IMG/VR virus record: IMGVR_UViG_3300014749_000013
Span: 1 to 8,465 of that record
Strand: one strand, 5' to 3'
DNA: 8,465 nucleotides
Origin: a virus
Lineage: Duplodnaviria > Heunggongvirae > Uroviricota > Caudoviricetes
Part shown: in pieces, positions 7,636 through 8,465 of the stretch
Layout: every line of letters begins with the position of its first letter
Numbering within the stretch: position 1 is the stretch's first letter
Notes under the pieces: generated by a model
The model's input: the letters and a program-made list of their open reading frames with translations, nothing else
Told to the model about the DNA's origin: nothing
The model's database searches: none
Program-made: the position numbers and the translations under genes

Positions 7636-8465
7636 TATGCAGACTCCTCTGAATACTGAAGACGGAACTGGTTAACCACGGCAAAGACACGCAACTGGTT
7701 AACATAGTCAGGCGGGAACAGCGTGTTCAGGCGGTTCGGATCGCTGGCATCACGCTCCACAACCAGGTACTGCTTAAACAGTTCGTAGTTTTCCACGATC
7801 CCCGCACGCTCAAGCTGACGGTAGGTTGCCAGCAGTTCCCCTTTGATCACCGCCGGGGTGACAATCGCCTGACCGGGACCAAAGCGGGTACCGTCACTGG
7901 CAAGCTTGTGACGCCCGTACTTACTGGTAATGACGGATTTCAGTTTGCGCAGTACATACGCGCTGGTATGCAGTGTCTCACTGTCGAGGTAGCTGTTATC
8001 CGCAACCCCGTAAGCGTTTTTCCTGTACGTGGTGACATCACGCTGAATGCGCAGTACCCCGCTTTCGACATACGCCGTTGCCACGCCATGAGACAGCAGG
8101 GTCTGTTGTTCGGTCATCGTGAACCGTTTCCCCTTCGGCGCAGGCAGCATACCCACCATCTCACCGGTCTGCGTGGGACGTGCCGGATCGTTGCGGATAA
8201 ACACCGCTGCGCGGGCGGTACGGCTGGCTGCCAGCTCGTCGGCAGGCGTCTGGGTCTCTTTTTCGTACCCCGCCAGGGTGATGTGCTGCTGATTAAACTG
8301 GTCACCTGCGGTCACCAGTTCTGACAGCGTGCCGATCTTTGCCGTATACACATGACCATACAGCTGACGCGCATAGCTCCAGCGACCACTGGTATCGTTC
8401 ATCTCGGTCACCAGCGTGTTAACGGAGGCCGTGTCGTTGAACGGCAGGGCGAGATAAACAACAAG
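7635..8465 (-). CDS. Tail sheath protein (Mu L-like), C-terminal ~276 codons; N-terminus lies beyond the window end
   Basis: The frame is open from position 8465 to stop TAA at 7637..7635; the 18 codons 8465..8412 (LVVYLALPFNDTASVNTL) contain no stop. The track start at 8411 is an internal GTG. The C-terminal sequence (...NRLNTLFPPDYVNQLRVFAVVNQFRLQY) and position upstream of the tube gene fit a sheath protein. Confidence 0.85.
   Translation of the reverse strand, partial: LVVYLALPFNDTASVNTLVTEMNDTSGRWSYARQLYGHVYTAKIGTLSELVTAGDQFNQQHITLAGYEKETQTPADELAASRTARAAVFIRNDPARPTQTGEMVGMLPAPKGKRFTMTEQQTLLSHGVATAYVESGVLRIQRDVTTYRKNAYGVADNSYLDSETLHTSAYVLRKLKSVITSKYGRHKLASDGTRFGPGQAIVTPAVIKGELLATYRQLERAGIVENYELFKQYLVVERDASDPNRLNTLFPPDYVNQLRVFAVVNQFRLQYSEESA

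Noticed and set aside
8409-8411. GTG at 8411 as the start of the sheath gene
   Set aside because: The frame stays open upstream to the window edge (18 more sense codons), and 258 aa is too short for a contractile sheath protein; the true start lies beyond position 8465.
1-8465. Type VI secretion system or other non-phage contractile injection system
   Set aside because: A tape measure protein, a frameshifted tail chaperone and Mu N/P-type proteins are phage-tail hallmarks. The sheath appears to be a single phage-type polypeptide and no TssB/TssC pair, Hcp or AAA+ ATPase is present. An eCIS or tailocin cannot be formally excluded without the flanks.
1-8465. tRNA, rRNA, CRISPR array, integrase, attachment site, transposon ends or strong intrinsic terminator
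   Set aside because: I saw no direct-repeat/spacer periodicity, no cloverleaf-like conserved tRNA segments and no long inverted repeats or GC-rich hairpin followed by a T-run in the very short intergenic spaces; coding sequence is continuous on the minus strand.

Overview
The whole window is one tightly packed, minus-strand operon encoding the contractile tail and baseplate module of a Mu-like myovirus (prophage or phage-derived tailocin; the window alone cannot distinguish them). Gene order, read 5'->3' on the minus strand (high to low coordinates): tail sheath (partial, runs off the window end) - tail tube - tail assembly chaperone with an apparent programmed -1 frameshift - tape measure protein - Mu N-like DNA circulation protein - Mu P-like baseplate hub - gpV-like spike - Mu gp46-like wedge - baseplate J-like protein (interrupted by a 37-N gap) - gp48-like protein (partial, runs off the window start). 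Protein lengths and order match the phage Mu L-M-gp41-Y-N-P-Q-gp46-gp47-gp48 tail block. Almost every junction is an overlapping stop/start, consistent with translational coupling. I found no RNA genes, CRISPR arrays, integrase, att sites, toxin or defence cargo, or inserted morons; the plus-strand ORFs in the track all lie antisense to these genes and look like GC-rich shadow ORFs. I do not see evidence for a novel system here: this is a conserved, ordinary phage structural region. The points worth a second look are the recoding site in the chaperone, the assembly gap that breaks the baseplate J frame, and two edge-truncated genes that the ORF track misses or mis-starts. All family assignments come from reading the translated sequences and gene order, not from a database search, and should be confirmed by HMM or BLAST searches.
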